From Escherichia coli (lineage in GTDB: Bacteria > Pseudomonadota > Gammaproteobacteria > Enterobacterales > Enterobacteriaceae), in assembly GCF_002854065.1 (NCBI RefSeq), contig NZ_CP024147.1: DNA of 64,000 nucleotides. The stretch is one strand, 5' to 3'. Position numbers and translations under genes: made by a program. The stretch's first letter is position 1, and every line of letters starts with the position of its first letter. The notes under the pieces are model-generated. The model was given only the letters and a program-made list of their open reading frames with translations, ran no database searches and was not told the origin of the DNA. This document shows positions 46,785-56,919 of the stretch, piece by piece.

Positions 46785-49094
46785 CTAACCCTCTAATTCT
46801 TTGGCTATTTCCAGGTCAACCCAAATGTGATCATCAGCATCTTCCAGCACTGGTGCATCAACCACCGCATAGGACCAATCGTTAATCACCTCAAGCGCAC
46901 CGCCGAGCATCAGGTTCCAGTTACTACACAACTCTGTCGCCTCTTTTCTGGACCATTGTTCTTTCTCCAGCAACCTGCGATAAAGTTGGCTATGAGCGGA
47001 GTCAAGCCCCCCTTCCCCGGTTAATGAGGCTGGAGCGCTTTCTGGTTGTTCTGGTTCTTCTTCAGTGAAAATCGAGTTCAGTAATTTACGAACATCATCA
47101 GTGGCAGATTCGTGGCGGGCAAGTACATTGGCATCCAGCGTAAACCCTGCCGTCGACTGATTAGCTGGTACAGATGAAACGAGAGCAGTTTCAGTTACGG
47201 AATGCTGATGGATATTGCTTGATACGGATGAGGGATCCAACCCCAGGCTTGTATAAATCTTCTCAAGCTGTTTGATTTCGGCAGGCGTAATTCTGCCGTC
47301 AGAGCAAGCGACACTAACGATAACCTTACCCACAGCTGATTTTTCCGCTGCACCGAGTAACTCAATCCGGCTTTTCATTCCCGTCATATTCGCCGGGGTA
47401 TGAAGCTGCCACGTTAAATATGCGTGCAGAGAGCGCTTTTCATCATCGCTGAAGCTGACATTGTTGTTGATGGCATTCTCAAGCACTTTCTGTTCGGCTT
47501 GATCGAAAGAATTGTCAATCAAGGCGACTACCGAACCTAATCGGAGCGTCAATACAGCTGTGATAAATTCAGGAGAAGGAGAGAAGCGGCCACTTTCACC
47601 AGCAGGGAATAAAACAAGAACACCATCGACATCTGCTTTTACGTGGTGGTAATAGGGGTCAGGAGCCAGGCAGTACCCCATTTTCTGTGCAAAGGCCTGC
47701 ATCAAGTCGGCCTCTTTTTTGTTGATCTTTGCCGGACAGGTAGCATTCATGTGTGACCAGAAGTCAGCAACTGAAACTACTCCCCCCTTACTGAGGATCG
47801 CGTCATCAGCCCAGCGTTTGAATGCACTTAATATTTTATCTGCGCTTTCGTTAACGATTTCTGAAGGCAGCAACAAAATTGCAACGGTATCATTTGCTGA
47901 AGTGCCTTTTCTACCAAGGTAACGACTGTAAGCATCCAGTTCATCTGTGCATATATCAGCAAGAGTCATAAGCTTCTGAACAGGGCCTTTCAATGCACTT
48001 GGATCAGGCAAGTCAGGAACAGGAAGCCGAATACCTCTCAAACTGGGACTTGCAGGCGTGTAATCTAAACGCAGACGCGCTTTATTCGGCTTCACTACCA
48101 TCCCTTCACCGTATTTAAGGGTGTAACGCCGTTTAAATAGTGCAGCAAATTCTTTCGCACAGCGGCGGGCGGGGGTTCGTAATGAGTATTCAGTATGGTT
48201 TGTCACCCACGTCAGAGCCAGATCCGCTGGAACCGGGGCTCCTGCATCAACTGTCTTTGCCAGGATTAACCTGAACTGCATGCTATTGCTGAACTCTGAA
48301 TCATCGCTGAGAGCTGCTGCAAGATTTTCGTTCGGACGAAGAATGGACATCGCTTCAAGTAACTGGGACGAGTAGTTCCGGAATGATCTGTTTTCATTGA
48401 AAACAGATCTGAGACGGCAGATCTCTTTGAAAAGAGAATAGAACTCATCGTCAGATATATTGCTGTCCCTGCTGTCAACAAGCGCCCGTCTTTCCAGACC
48501 ATACAGATAAATAAAAACGTAACCAATTGGGCAAGAAGTGTCACATCTGTCGCTGGTAAGCCAACTCAGGTACGCGCCACGTGCTTCAGGTGAAAGTGAG
48601 GAATAACTGGGCCAATACCCTAATGAACTATCTTCGTAGATGTAAGATGTGGGGTATATCTTGAGCGTGTCGTCAATTAGCGATGCCTCGCTACTATCAT
48701 CATAATAACCGCCTGAGTTATGCCCGACAGGGTTCATTCGCTGTCCAAGATAGAAGTAGCCGCCGGTAATCTCTACCCCACCGACTGTGATCACCTCCCC
48801 CGGTAAAATCCAGCGAGCCAAAGCACCGGTAGTTTTTGAGAAATTCTGGCGTTGAGTGGCTGTTATACTGTATTCGGCATTCCGCCCGCCACTTAGTGTA
48901 AACGTAGCCAGATTGTCATCTTCGCTGTCCTCGTTGTGCATTACAGACTGATTTTTTTTGTTATTAGCAAGCCATTCTTTAGGTGGTGCTTTCACAGGAG
49001 CGGAAGTATAAGAGCCCGCGGACTTAGTTTTCTTCTTTTTGAAAAAAAGAATATAAATCAAATAAATCGCTACTATAAATATCCATAACTCCAT
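46785..49094 (-). CDS. sngA: Membrane-anchored TerB-domain protein (TerB-N / TerB / TerB-C-like), Shango SngA-like
   Basis: 769-aa ORF. N-terminal TM anchor ELWIFIVAIYLIYILFF followed by KKKK. The C-terminal half has paired TerB-like helices (IDNSFDQAEQKVLENAI...; ACSDGRITPAEIKQLEKIYTSLGL). 3-nt gap to the next gene. Confidence 0.75.
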   Translation of the reverse strand: MELWIFIVAIYLIYILFFKKKKTKSAGSYTSAPVKAPPKEWLANNKKNQSVMHNEDSEDDNLATFTLSGGRNAEYSITATQRQNFSKTTGALARWILPGEVITVGGVEITGGYFYLGQRMNPVGHNSGGYYDDSSEASLIDDTLKIYPTSYIYEDSSLGYWPSYSSLSPEARGAYLSWLTSDRCDTSCPIGYVFIYLYGLERRALVDSRDSNISDDEFYSLFKEICRLRSVFNENRSFRNYSSQLLEAMSILRPNENLAAALSDDSEFSNSMQFRLILAKTVDAGAPVPADLALTWVTNHTEYSLRTPARRCAKEFAALFKRRYTLKYGEGMVVKPNKARLRLDYTPASPSLRGIRLPVPDLPDPSALKGPVQKLMTLADICTDELDAYSRYLGRKGTSANDTVAILLLPSEIVNESADKILSAFKRWADDAILSKGGVVSVADFWSHMNATCPAKINKKEADLMQAFAQKMGYCLAPDPYYHHVKADVDGVLVLFPAGESGRFSPSPEFITAVLTLRLGSVVALIDNSFDQAEQKVLENAINNNVSFSDDEKRSLHAYLTWQLHTPANMTGMKSRIELLGAAEKSAVGKVIVSVACSDGRITPAEIKQLEKIYTSLGLDPSSVSSNIHQHSVTETALVSSVPANQSTAGFTLDANVLARHESATDDVRKLLNSIFTEEEPEQPESAPASLTGEGGLDSAHSQLYRRLLEKEQWSRKEATELCSNWNLMLGGALEVINDWSYAVVDAPVLEDADDHIWVDLEIAKELEG

Positions 49095-49562
49095 GAGGCA
49101 ATAACCTTAAAAATAGCTTTTCACGAACACCGAAAGGATGACGATGGGAAGTGGATTAATCTTAAAATAATACTTCTAAATTACAAAGGTTAAAAGCAAA
49201 TCACAACCTTCCCGAACCTCCGCTTTTCGCTTGCTACGGTCCCTGCCGAGCATGAATCTCGTCTATGCCCAAAAGCGGACATTGATAATTCAGAAACCAT
49301 GGCAGAAGTGTGGTATCAGCCCCTCACCTGATGCCTGCCAGCATCGCACCTCGCTTCATGTCTAACCTCTCTGTTAGCCCGGCAGGGTCAATGGCTCTGT
49401 TGACAATGGTGCTACTTTCCAATACGTTAAGCACAAGGTTAGCGCGACCCGGCAGCTCACGGCCAAAGCGGAATGCAGCGCAGACTTATCAAATCTTTTT
49501 TGGTTAAGTGTCTTTGATTCTTATGATTCGTGAGCACATAGGACAGATAAGAGACTTAAACC

Positions 49563-50135
49563 ATGAAACAAATCCCCACATGCGCTGAAGCAAAAGCCCA
49601 CGCCAAATACCTTTCACGGTCGCTCAATATCAATCTAAGCTACGCCCGGGATGCAGTGGCATTACGTTATAACTACCATAACTGGTCGGAACTCAGCACA
49701 GTATTTGGTCAGCTTAGCTGATAAGTACATGTCGTGCTATGGCCTTGCCAGTCATGAAGAGAAGCGTGTTTTTAGCCAGCTTCTGGCACCATATATCGCA
49801 GAATTGCAAAATGTCATTCATCCTGACCGCCATGTACGGAAAGCTTGATACGTAAGATTGCTGAAGGCCATATTTCCCGGGTATCTGGTAAAGTGATGTC
49901 GGCTGTAATACGTGAATGCGAGGATTTTCCTCCCACGACAGTTAAAGACATCATTGAACTGCTTGAATTTTATGATGAAACGGCCAGCCGGATATTAGCA
50001 GGACACCACCGGCAGATCCCGACCAATAATCCCTTGCTGAAACCCTGGGTATTTGGTGTGCGCTTTTATGCCTATAACCACTTTAATGCCAAGCTGGTCA
50101 CCATCTGTGATCTTCCGCCAACATGCCTCTTCTGA
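49563..50135 (+). pseudogene. Three consecutive short reading frames (frames 0/+1/0) of unknown function, possibly one decayed gene
   Basis: 49563-49721 (MKQIPTCAEAKAHAKYLSRSLNINLSYARDAVALRYNYHNWSELSTVFGQLS*), track ORF 49651..49848 and track ORF 49845..50135 overlap end to end. Confidence 0.3.
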
Positions 50136-50248
50136 ACTCTCCCGACGTCAACAAAACCCCCTCTAATCCCTTATATATCAGGATTTCTTTGTATCCAGAG
50201 GCCAACCGCCTTCACCCCGTATCAAGTTACTTTTGGGGGTATAATTTA

Positions 50249-50689
<441 letters not shown>

Positions 50690-50785
50690 CATGCATCACA
50701 ACAGCTCCTCATAGGCACTCAGTGGTCGATGTTCCACCTGACTGATCTGCTGCCAGAGCGGGGCGTGAGGTTCCGGTACTATCTG

Positions 50786-51100
50786 CTAGCCAGACGACAC
50801 TGAGCAGAGGCGATGTGAGGCCACCAGTTTCTCATTACTGTAGATCCGCAACTCATCGTTCAGCGATATTCGTATCGAGACTGGCTGACCACACAGCATT
50901 TCGGGAACGCTGTACTGATTACCTCCAACTTCGTTATAGCGGGTCCCAGGACACATGGCGGATGTCGAAGTAACTGGTATCGAAGTCTGTATCCGGTAAC
51001 GGCTGCAGATGTTCCTGCTCCAGCGCGAAGCGCTGTTCCGGCGTTTCTTTGAACTGACGAAGCTCCCATTTGTCAGCCACATCGGCTAGCGCCAGCTAAC
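50786..51100 (-). pseudogene. IS21-family IstA C-terminal fragment
   Basis: Track ORF 50786..51082 contains ...YNEVGGNQYSVPEMLCGQPVSIRISLNDELRIYSNEKLVASH, the conserved IstA C-terminal region. No N-terminal HTH or DDE part. Confidence 0.7.
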
Positions 51101-51234
51101 CTATGCGGTACTGGCCTTGGTGCTAACCCGCGTTAAAGCTACCACGTTGATCAGAGCCTCTCTCCCGGAAAGTCATACTGTCTTACATATTAATCACTCA
51201 AAATAGAGTAAATAAAATCGGTAATGACTCCAAC

Positions 51235-51738
51235 TTATTGATAGTGTTTTATGTTCAGATAATGCCCGATGACTTTGTCATGCAGCTCCACCGATTTTGA
51301 GAACGACAGCGACTTCCGTCCCAGCCGTGCCAGGTGCTGCCTCAGATTCAGGTTATGCCGCTCAATTCGCTGCGTATATCGCTTGCTGATTACGTGCAGC
51401 TTTCCCTTCAGGCGGGATTCATACAGCGGCCAGCCATCCGTCATCCATATCACCACGTCAAAGGGTGACAGCAGGCTCATAAGACGCCCCAGCGTCGCCA
51501 TAGTGCGTTCACCGAATACGTGCGCAACAACCGTCTTCCGGAGACTGTCATACGCGTAAAACAGCCAGCGCTGGCGCGATTTAGCCCCGACATAGCCCCA
51601 CTGTTCGTCCATTTCCGCGCAGACGATGACGTCACTGCCCGGCTGTATGCGCGAGGTTACCGACTGCGGCCTGAGTTTTTTAAGTGACGTAAAATCGTGT
51701 TGAGGCCAACGCCCATAATGCGGGCAGTTGCCCGGCAT
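51235..51738 (-). CDS. insB: IS1 InsB' frame
   Basis: 167-aa ORF, near-identical to copy 1. Confidence 0.93.
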
Positions 51739-51932
51739 CCAACGCCATTCATGGCCATATCAATGATTTTCTGGTGCGTACCGGGTTGAGAAGCGGTGTA
51801 AGTGAACTGCAGTTGCCATGTTTTACGGCAGTGAGAGCAGAGATAGCGCTGATGTCCGGCGGTGCTTTTGCCGTTACGCACCACCCCGTCAGTAGCTGAA
51901 CAGGAGGGACAGCTGATAGAAACAGAAGCCAC
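51657..51932 (-). CDS. insA: IS1 InsA
   Basis: 91-aa ORF, one residue different from copy 1 (TILRHL versus TIFRHL). Confidence 0.95.
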
Positions 51933-52145
51933 TGGAGCACCTCAAAAACACCATCATACACTAAATCAGTAAGTTGGCAGCATCACCAATAAAATCATAC
52001 AACTAGAGAGTGATTATAATTGTTATTGAACACTGGTTATCCCATTTTTGTTATATTGATCACAAAACCCTTCTTTTTATGATGATCTAAAAATAAATAT
52101 TAAATATTGTGGTCAGGCCGCTAGACCGCAATAAGAGGAAATATC

Positions 52146-53435
52146 ATGAAAAGAAAAACCATGGGGTGGATTATCGTTTTTCTTCTGTTTATAGTTTACA
52201 TGCTGAACTATATGGATCGTTCTGCATTATCGATTACGGCCCCACTTATCGAAAAAGAGTTAGGCTTTAATGCTGCTGAAATGGGGATAATTTTCAGCGC
52301 ATTTTTCGTTGGTTATGCTTTATTTAACTTCATTGGCGGTTGGGCCAGTGACAAAGTTGGACCCAAAACAGTATTTTTGGTTGCTGCACTGTTGTGGTCT
52401 GTTTTTTGTGGTATGACCGGTCTGGTCACCGGATTATGGACAATGCTTGCCGTACGTGTTTTATTTGGTATGGCAGAGGGCCCGGTTAGTGCAGCAGGAA
52501 ATAAAATTATTAATAACTGGATCTCGCGTAAAGAGTCGGCAACAGCTATCGGTATTTTTAGTGCTGGTTCACCACTTGGTGGCGCTATTTCTGGTCCGGT
52601 CGTTGGCTTGCTGGCAATATCACTTGGCTGGCGTCCGGCGTTTGGGATCATATTTATATTTGGCCTAGTTTGGGTATTACTGTGGTACTTCTTTGTCAGT
52701 GATAAACCGTCAAAAAGTAAACGTCTGGCAGCGGAAGAACGTGTCGATTTCGAAAACCATGACGATATTATTCTAGCCGAAGATGGTAAAGGTACACCTT
52801 CGCTTGGTTATTACATGAAGCAGCCGATGGTATGGGCGACCACGCTGGCATTTTTTAGCTATAACTATATTCTATTTTTCTTTCTTACTTGGTTTCCAAG
52901 CTATTTGAATCATTCATTACACATTGATATTAAAGAAATTAGTATTGCAACTGTTATCCCGTGGTTTATTGGGGCAATTGGCATGGTGTTAGGTGGCGTC
53001 TGCTCTGACTTTATTTATCGTATTACGGGAAATGCCTTACTTTCTCGCCGTTTAATTCTCGGCAGTTGCCTTGCGGGGGCCGCGGTTTGTGTCGCTGTTT
53101 CCGGAACTGTTACCTCTATTGGTAGTGCGATTACGCTGATGTCTGTTTCCTTATTCCTGCTTTATCTAACTGGACCTATTTATTGGGCTGTTATTCAGGA
53201 TGTAGTGCATAAAGATAAAGTAGGTAGCGTAGGCGGTGCGATGCACGGTCTGGCAAATATTTCCGGCATTATTGGTCCATTGGTAACCGGTTTTATTGTC
53301 CAGTTCAGTGGTAAATATGATTACGCATTCTATCTTGCAGGTGCCATAGCAATCATTTCAAGTCTGCTGGTATTCATTTTTGTTAAAAATAAAGGATTGA
53401 AAGTCAATGAAAGTCAAAGCTGTGTACATCAATAA
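52146..53435 (+). CDS. MFS transporter, anion:cation symporter (hexuronate/galactonate ExuT/DgoT-like) type
   Basis: 429-aa ORF with 12-TM-like hydrophobicity and N-terminal MDRSALSITAPLIEKELGF and GGWASDKVGPK motifs typical of the ACS family. Confidence 0.8.
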   Translation: MKRKTMGWIIVFLLFIVYMLNYMDRSALSITAPLIEKELGFNAAEMGIIFSAFFVGYALFNFIGGWASDKVGPKTVFLVAALLWSVFCGMTGLVTGLWTMLAVRVLFGMAEGPVSAAGNKIINNWISRKESATAIGIFSAGSPLGGAISGPVVGLLAISLGWRPAFGIIFIFGLVWVLLWYFFVSDKPSKSKRLAAEERVDFENHDDIILAEDGKGTPSLGYYMKQPMVWATTLAFFSYNYILFFFLTWFPSYLNHSLHIDIKEISIATVIPWFIGAIGMVLGGVCSDFIYRITGNALLSRRLILGSCLAGAAVCVAVSGTVTSIGSAITLMSVSLFLLYLTGPIYWAVIQDVVHKDKVGSVGGAMHGLANISGIIGPLVTGFIVQFSGKYDYAFYLAGAIAIISSLLVFIFVKNKGLKVNESQSCVHQ

Positions 53436-54432
53436 ACCTGGTGAAATTGCTACCCGTCTGGTCGATTATCCAGTAAGAAAAGATAATGAAGTTTTAATTA
53501 AAGTGGATGCAGCGGGAATTTGTGGTTCTGACATCGGTGCATTTCGTGGTACTAACCCACTGGTAACTTATCCGAGAATTATTGGACATGAAGTCACCGG
53601 GATTGTTCTGGAAACCGGTGAGGGGGTACCACAAAATATCAAACAGGGCGACCGGGTTATTGTAGATCCCTATGTTTATTGCGGTCACTGTTATCCATGT
53701 TCTGTAGGTAGAACTAATTGCTGCGAGAACTTAAAAGTCATCGGCGTACATATTGATGGCGCTATGCAAGAAGTGGTTTCGCATCCGGCTCACTTAATTC
53801 ACAAAATTCCTGACAATGTACCGTCAGAGATGGCGCCACTGGCTGAACCCTTAACTATTGCCCTACACGCATTACATCGAGCGCAATTGAAAGCAGGTGA
53901 ACATGTCGTCATTATTGGTGCAGGCGCTATTGGACTTATGGCGGCCCTGAGTTCGTTGAACTATAAAGCAACTCCCATTCTGGTTGATATTGTCGATGAA
54001 CGGTTGCAATACGCGAAATCGCTCGGCGTACCTTATGTAGTAAACTCCGCAAAAGCTAATGTTATTGAGGCAGTGAAAGATATTACACAAGGGACGATGG
54101 CTCAGGTTGTGGTGGAAGCCTCTGGTGCAAATAGCGCAATCAGAAGTACCCTGGATCTGGCCTCATTTGCAGGGCGTATAGCCTATACTGGTTGGCCAAA
54201 GCAGGAAACATCGTTACCAACTAATCTAATTACCTTTAAAGAACTAGATTTACGTGGTTCCCGTACCAGTGCCGGTGAATTTGAAGAAGCCCTGCAAATG
54301 TTATCAACGCTGAATATTAATCCGGCTGATATCGTGAGCAAAGTCGTGACAATAGATGAAGTTCCTGAGGCTGTAAAAGAGTTAGATCAATTTCCGGAAC
54401 GCTATCTGAAAATTAACGTGAAATTCATTTAA
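53407..54432 (+). CDS. Zn-dependent medium-chain alcohol/polyol dehydrogenase
   Basis: 341-aa ORF. Catalytic Zn ligands GICGSD...GHE, structural Zn CGHCYPCSVGRTNCC, NAD motif GAGAIG. Its ATG overlaps the transporter 3' end by 29 nt. Confidence 0.88.
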   Translation: MKVKAVYINKPGEIATRLVDYPVRKDNEVLIKVDAAGICGSDIGAFRGTNPLVTYPRIIGHEVTGIVLETGEGVPQNIKQGDRVIVDPYVYCGHCYPCSVGRTNCCENLKVIGVHIDGAMQEVVSHPAHLIHKIPDNVPSEMAPLAEPLTIALHALHRAQLKAGEHVVIIGAGAIGLMAALSSLNYKATPILVDIVDERLQYAKSLGVPYVVNSAKANVIEAVKDITQGTMAQVVVEASGANSAIRSTLDLASFAGRIAYTGWPKQETSLPTNLITFKELDLRGSRTSAGEFEEALQMLSTLNINPADIVSKVVTIDEVPEAVKELDQFPERYLKINVKFI

Positions 54433-54459
54433 TTATAATTAACAAAAATAAAAAGTCTG

Positions 54460-54488
54460 ACGCGTAGTGTATTCACTACGCGTTTTTT
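54460..54488 (+). terminator. Intrinsic terminator after the dehydrogenase gene
   Basis: acgcgtagtg-tatt-cactacgcgt followed by ttttt. Confidence 0.85.
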
Positions 54489-54975
54489 ATGTGCGCCGTG
54501 ACTGGCGCTGTTCTTCAACTGTGGTGGCTGAAGAACGACTAAGAGGTGAAAGTTCTCCAAACACCCGGTGAGGGGAAATGTTAGCGGAAGGCAAGGATGT
54601 TCATCGCGAGGTGAAATCTGAAGGAAGCCGGATGCAAAATGCTGGCCTGACGAACAGGAAGCGGCTAAGGCGGCACAAATCACCAAAGCCCAATACTCAC
54701 ACGGAACGCGGTGACGTACAGCCGACAGGCATAAGCAGGAAAGTCGTGCGAATTACCCCGGGAGATCTGCCGCTCTGCCAGTGTGCTACCGACGCCGTAG
54801 TAGCGCTGCAAAACCGGCAGCATGAAGGGCCGAACATAATTAACCGTGATTAGGACATCCGAACCCGATGATGATTAATGAAGCATAAACGCAGGCAACT
54901 GCGGCCAGCGGCAGAAGAGACGGACGGCATCCTGAGGTGTACTGGCAATAGCGGACACTACCATTTGTTCTTTTT

Positions 54976-55794
54976 TTAAGCAGCCATCTGATGATATTTT
55001 TCCCTGAAGGCTGCCGGGGAGATATTCCCCAGACGAGAGTGACGACGCTGACGATTGTAGAAAATCTCAATGTATTCCCGTATTACTGAGATGGCCTCAT
55101 CCCGGCTATTAAAACGATAGTGGCTCAGGCTCTCATTTTTCAGCGTTCCCCAGAAGCTTTCCATCGGAGCGTTGTCGTAACAGTTACCTTTACGCGACAT
55201 TGATGTTTTCAGACCAAACTGCTCCTGGATGACCCGGTAATCGTATGCGCAGTACTGTGAACCTCGATCGGAGTGGTGGATTAGCCCGGCAGGTGGGCGC
55301 TGGCTCCTGAGCGCCATAAACATTGCTTTACCTGTCAGCTCTTTTGTCATGCGCTCTCCCATGGCGTAGCCGACAATTTCGCACGTATAAACATCTTTGA
55401 TGCCAGCGAGGTACAACCATCCCTCCTGTGTGGCAACATACGTCAGGTCCGCCACCCAGACCTGATTTGGTACTGTAGGAGCGAACGTCTGGTTCAGCAG
55501 ATTTGGCGCAACTGGCAGATTGTGGCTCGAGTTCGTAGTCGCTCTGAACTTGCGTTTCTGCTTACAGCGTAGCCTTAGCTCCTTACGAAGACGTGCCAGT
55601 CGGTCACGACCAACGATGATGCCATTCTCTGCCAGCTCCGTCTGGAGCCGCCGGGTTCCATATGTTTCGCGAGTGCTGATATGTGCCACCTTAATCTCCA
55701 GTTTTAGCCGCTCATCACTTTGTTTTCTGTCTGAGGGGTCATGCTGTACCCAGTTGTAATAACCGCTCCTGGATACACCAAATACCTGACACAT
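54976..55794 (-). CDS. IS600 OrfB (DDE transposase)
   Basis: 272-aa ORF ...[35 protein letters not shown]...HSDRGSQY...[12 protein letters not shown]... Confidence 0.9.
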   Translation of the reverse strand: MCQVFGVSRSGYYNWVQHDPSDRKQSDERLKLEIKVAHISTRETYGTRRLQTELAENGIIVGRDRLARLRKELRLRCKQKRKFRATTNSSHNLPVAPNLLNQTFAPTVPNQVWVADLTYVATQEGWLYLAGIKDVYTCEIVGYAMGERMTKELTGKAMFMALRSQRPPAGLIHHSDRGSQYCAYDYRVIQEQFGLKTSMSRKGNCYDNAPMESFWGTLKNESLSHYRFNSRDEAISVIREYIEIFYNRQRRHSRLGNISPAAFREKYHQMAA

Positions 55795-55829
55795 CGCTTC
55801 AATGGGAAATTGTTGTCGCCATTGTTCGA

Positions 55830-56132
55830 TTAACGCGTATTTTTCAGCGACTCCTGTGCAAAATACGCTGTTGCTTTTTTTAATATATCTCGCTCAAGGC
55901 GAGCTTCATTTAACGCCTTACGCAGTTGCAGAATTTCAGATTCCAGTTCAGCCACCATGCGGGAACCAAGAGTACCGAGCCCTTTTCTGGCGGCGGTAAC
56001 CCATTGTCCTAAAGTGCCTTCAGGAAGAGATAATCGGGAAGCGCCTTCACTGATCGAAAGTTGATTTTCAAGAACCGTTCTGACAGCTTCGGCTTTGAAC
56101 TCTTTAGAGTAACGTTGGGTTTTTCTGCTCAT
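55830..56132 (-). CDS. IS600 OrfA
   Basis: 100-aa ORF MSRKTQRYSKEFKAEAVRTVLENQLSISEGASRLSLPEGTLGQWV... Confidence 0.9.
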   Translation of the reverse strand: MSRKTQRYSKEFKAEAVRTVLENQLSISEGASRLSLPEGTLGQWVTAARKGLGTLGSRMVAELESEILQLRKALNEARLERDILKKATAYFAQESLKNTR

Positions 56133-56196
56133 TATTAGCTCCTTCTGATGCCATTCTATTTCAGGAAGGAGTGTCCGTTAAACTCAGGCTACCTCA

Positions 56197-56849
56197 TCCG
56201 TCAGAGCTGCATGATGGCGGCGTGAGAACCTTAGGCATCCCGACAGTGGTGGATAGGCCTATCCAGCAGGCTATAGCTATAGCGCAACATTTAAGCGCCA
56301 TCGTGGACAAAAGCTTCTCAGACTCTAGGCACGGTTTCCGGCTGGGACGCAACGTATGGCAGGCAGTGCAATAGGCACAGCATTATATACGGGGCAGCAA
56401 ACGGTGGGTGGTGGATATAAATCTGGAGAAGTTCTTCGACCGTGTGGATCACAGACTCCTGATGACGCGTCTGGCCAGTACGATAAAGGACAGGCGGGTG
56501 CTGAGGCTGATACGCCGCTACTTGAAAGAGGAAATAGTCCGGGACGGGCAAAGAGAGAAATGGCAGGAAGGCATGCCGCAGGGCGGCCATTGCTGCATGG
56601 TATCAGGACGTCGTAGAGAACAAACTGAAGCAGAAAGTGAATGAGAAGAAGAGCGCGGTGGCGCGCCCGTGGGAGCAGAAGTTCCTCGGGTACAGTATGA
56701 CATGGCACAAACAGTTGAAGCTGAAAATAGCCCTGACGAGTGTGAACAGGCTGAAGGAGAAAGTGCGCAGTCTGACCACGGGAAACCGGAGCAAATCAGT
56801 GAAAGCGACAATCAATGCCCTGACGCCAGTGCTGCGTGAACCTGTTTAA
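56197..56849 (+). pseudogene. Group II intron reverse transcriptase, heavily decayed
   Basis: Fragments in three frames: GGVRTLGIPTVVDRPIQQA (RT1-2), VVDINLEKFFDRVDHRLLM (RT3), EGMPQGG (RT4), then NEKKSAVARPWEQKFLGYSM... (RT7/thumb). The YADD block is deleted and the N-terminus is missing. Confidence 0.75.
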
Positions 56850-56919
56850 GATTCTGTGTAAATGCCTTTTCTCAGAAGTGACCGTCCTGGCGGTCACCGA
56901 ACTCGATAATAAAGCGGCT

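Larger units (their letters stand above)
51220..51987 (-). mobile_element. IS1 (768 bp), second copy, with 9-bp target-site duplication aataaaatc
   Basis: Same terminal repeats as copy 1. Identical 9-mers at 51211-51219 and 51988-51996. Same orientation as copy 1, with a few substitutions relative to it. Confidence 0.97.
54933..56196 (-). mobile_element. IS600 (IS3 family), 1264 bp, with 3-bp target duplication tcc
   Basis: Ends tgaggtgtactggcaatagcggacact... and ...agtgtccgttaaactcaggctacctca. tcc at 54930-54932 and 56197-56199. orfA/orfB match IS600 as I recall it. Confidence 0.9.
54491..56919 (+). mobile_element. Group II intron remnant (5' RNA domains plus decayed RT), disrupted by IS600 and 3'-truncated
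   Basis: Begins gtgcg (GUGYG consensus) 2 nt after the terminator T-run. A GC-rich structured-looking leader spans 54491-54932. RT motifs lie downstream of the IS600 insertion. Confidence 0.7.

Noticed and set aside
49310-49507. 65-aa plus-strand ORF and a minus-strand open stretch (…FGRELPGRANLVLNVLESSTIVNRAIDPAGL…) upstream of sngA
   Set aside because: It might be a gene remnant, but neither frame has a credible start/RBS or recognisable family. It is left unannotated as part of the sngA upstream region.
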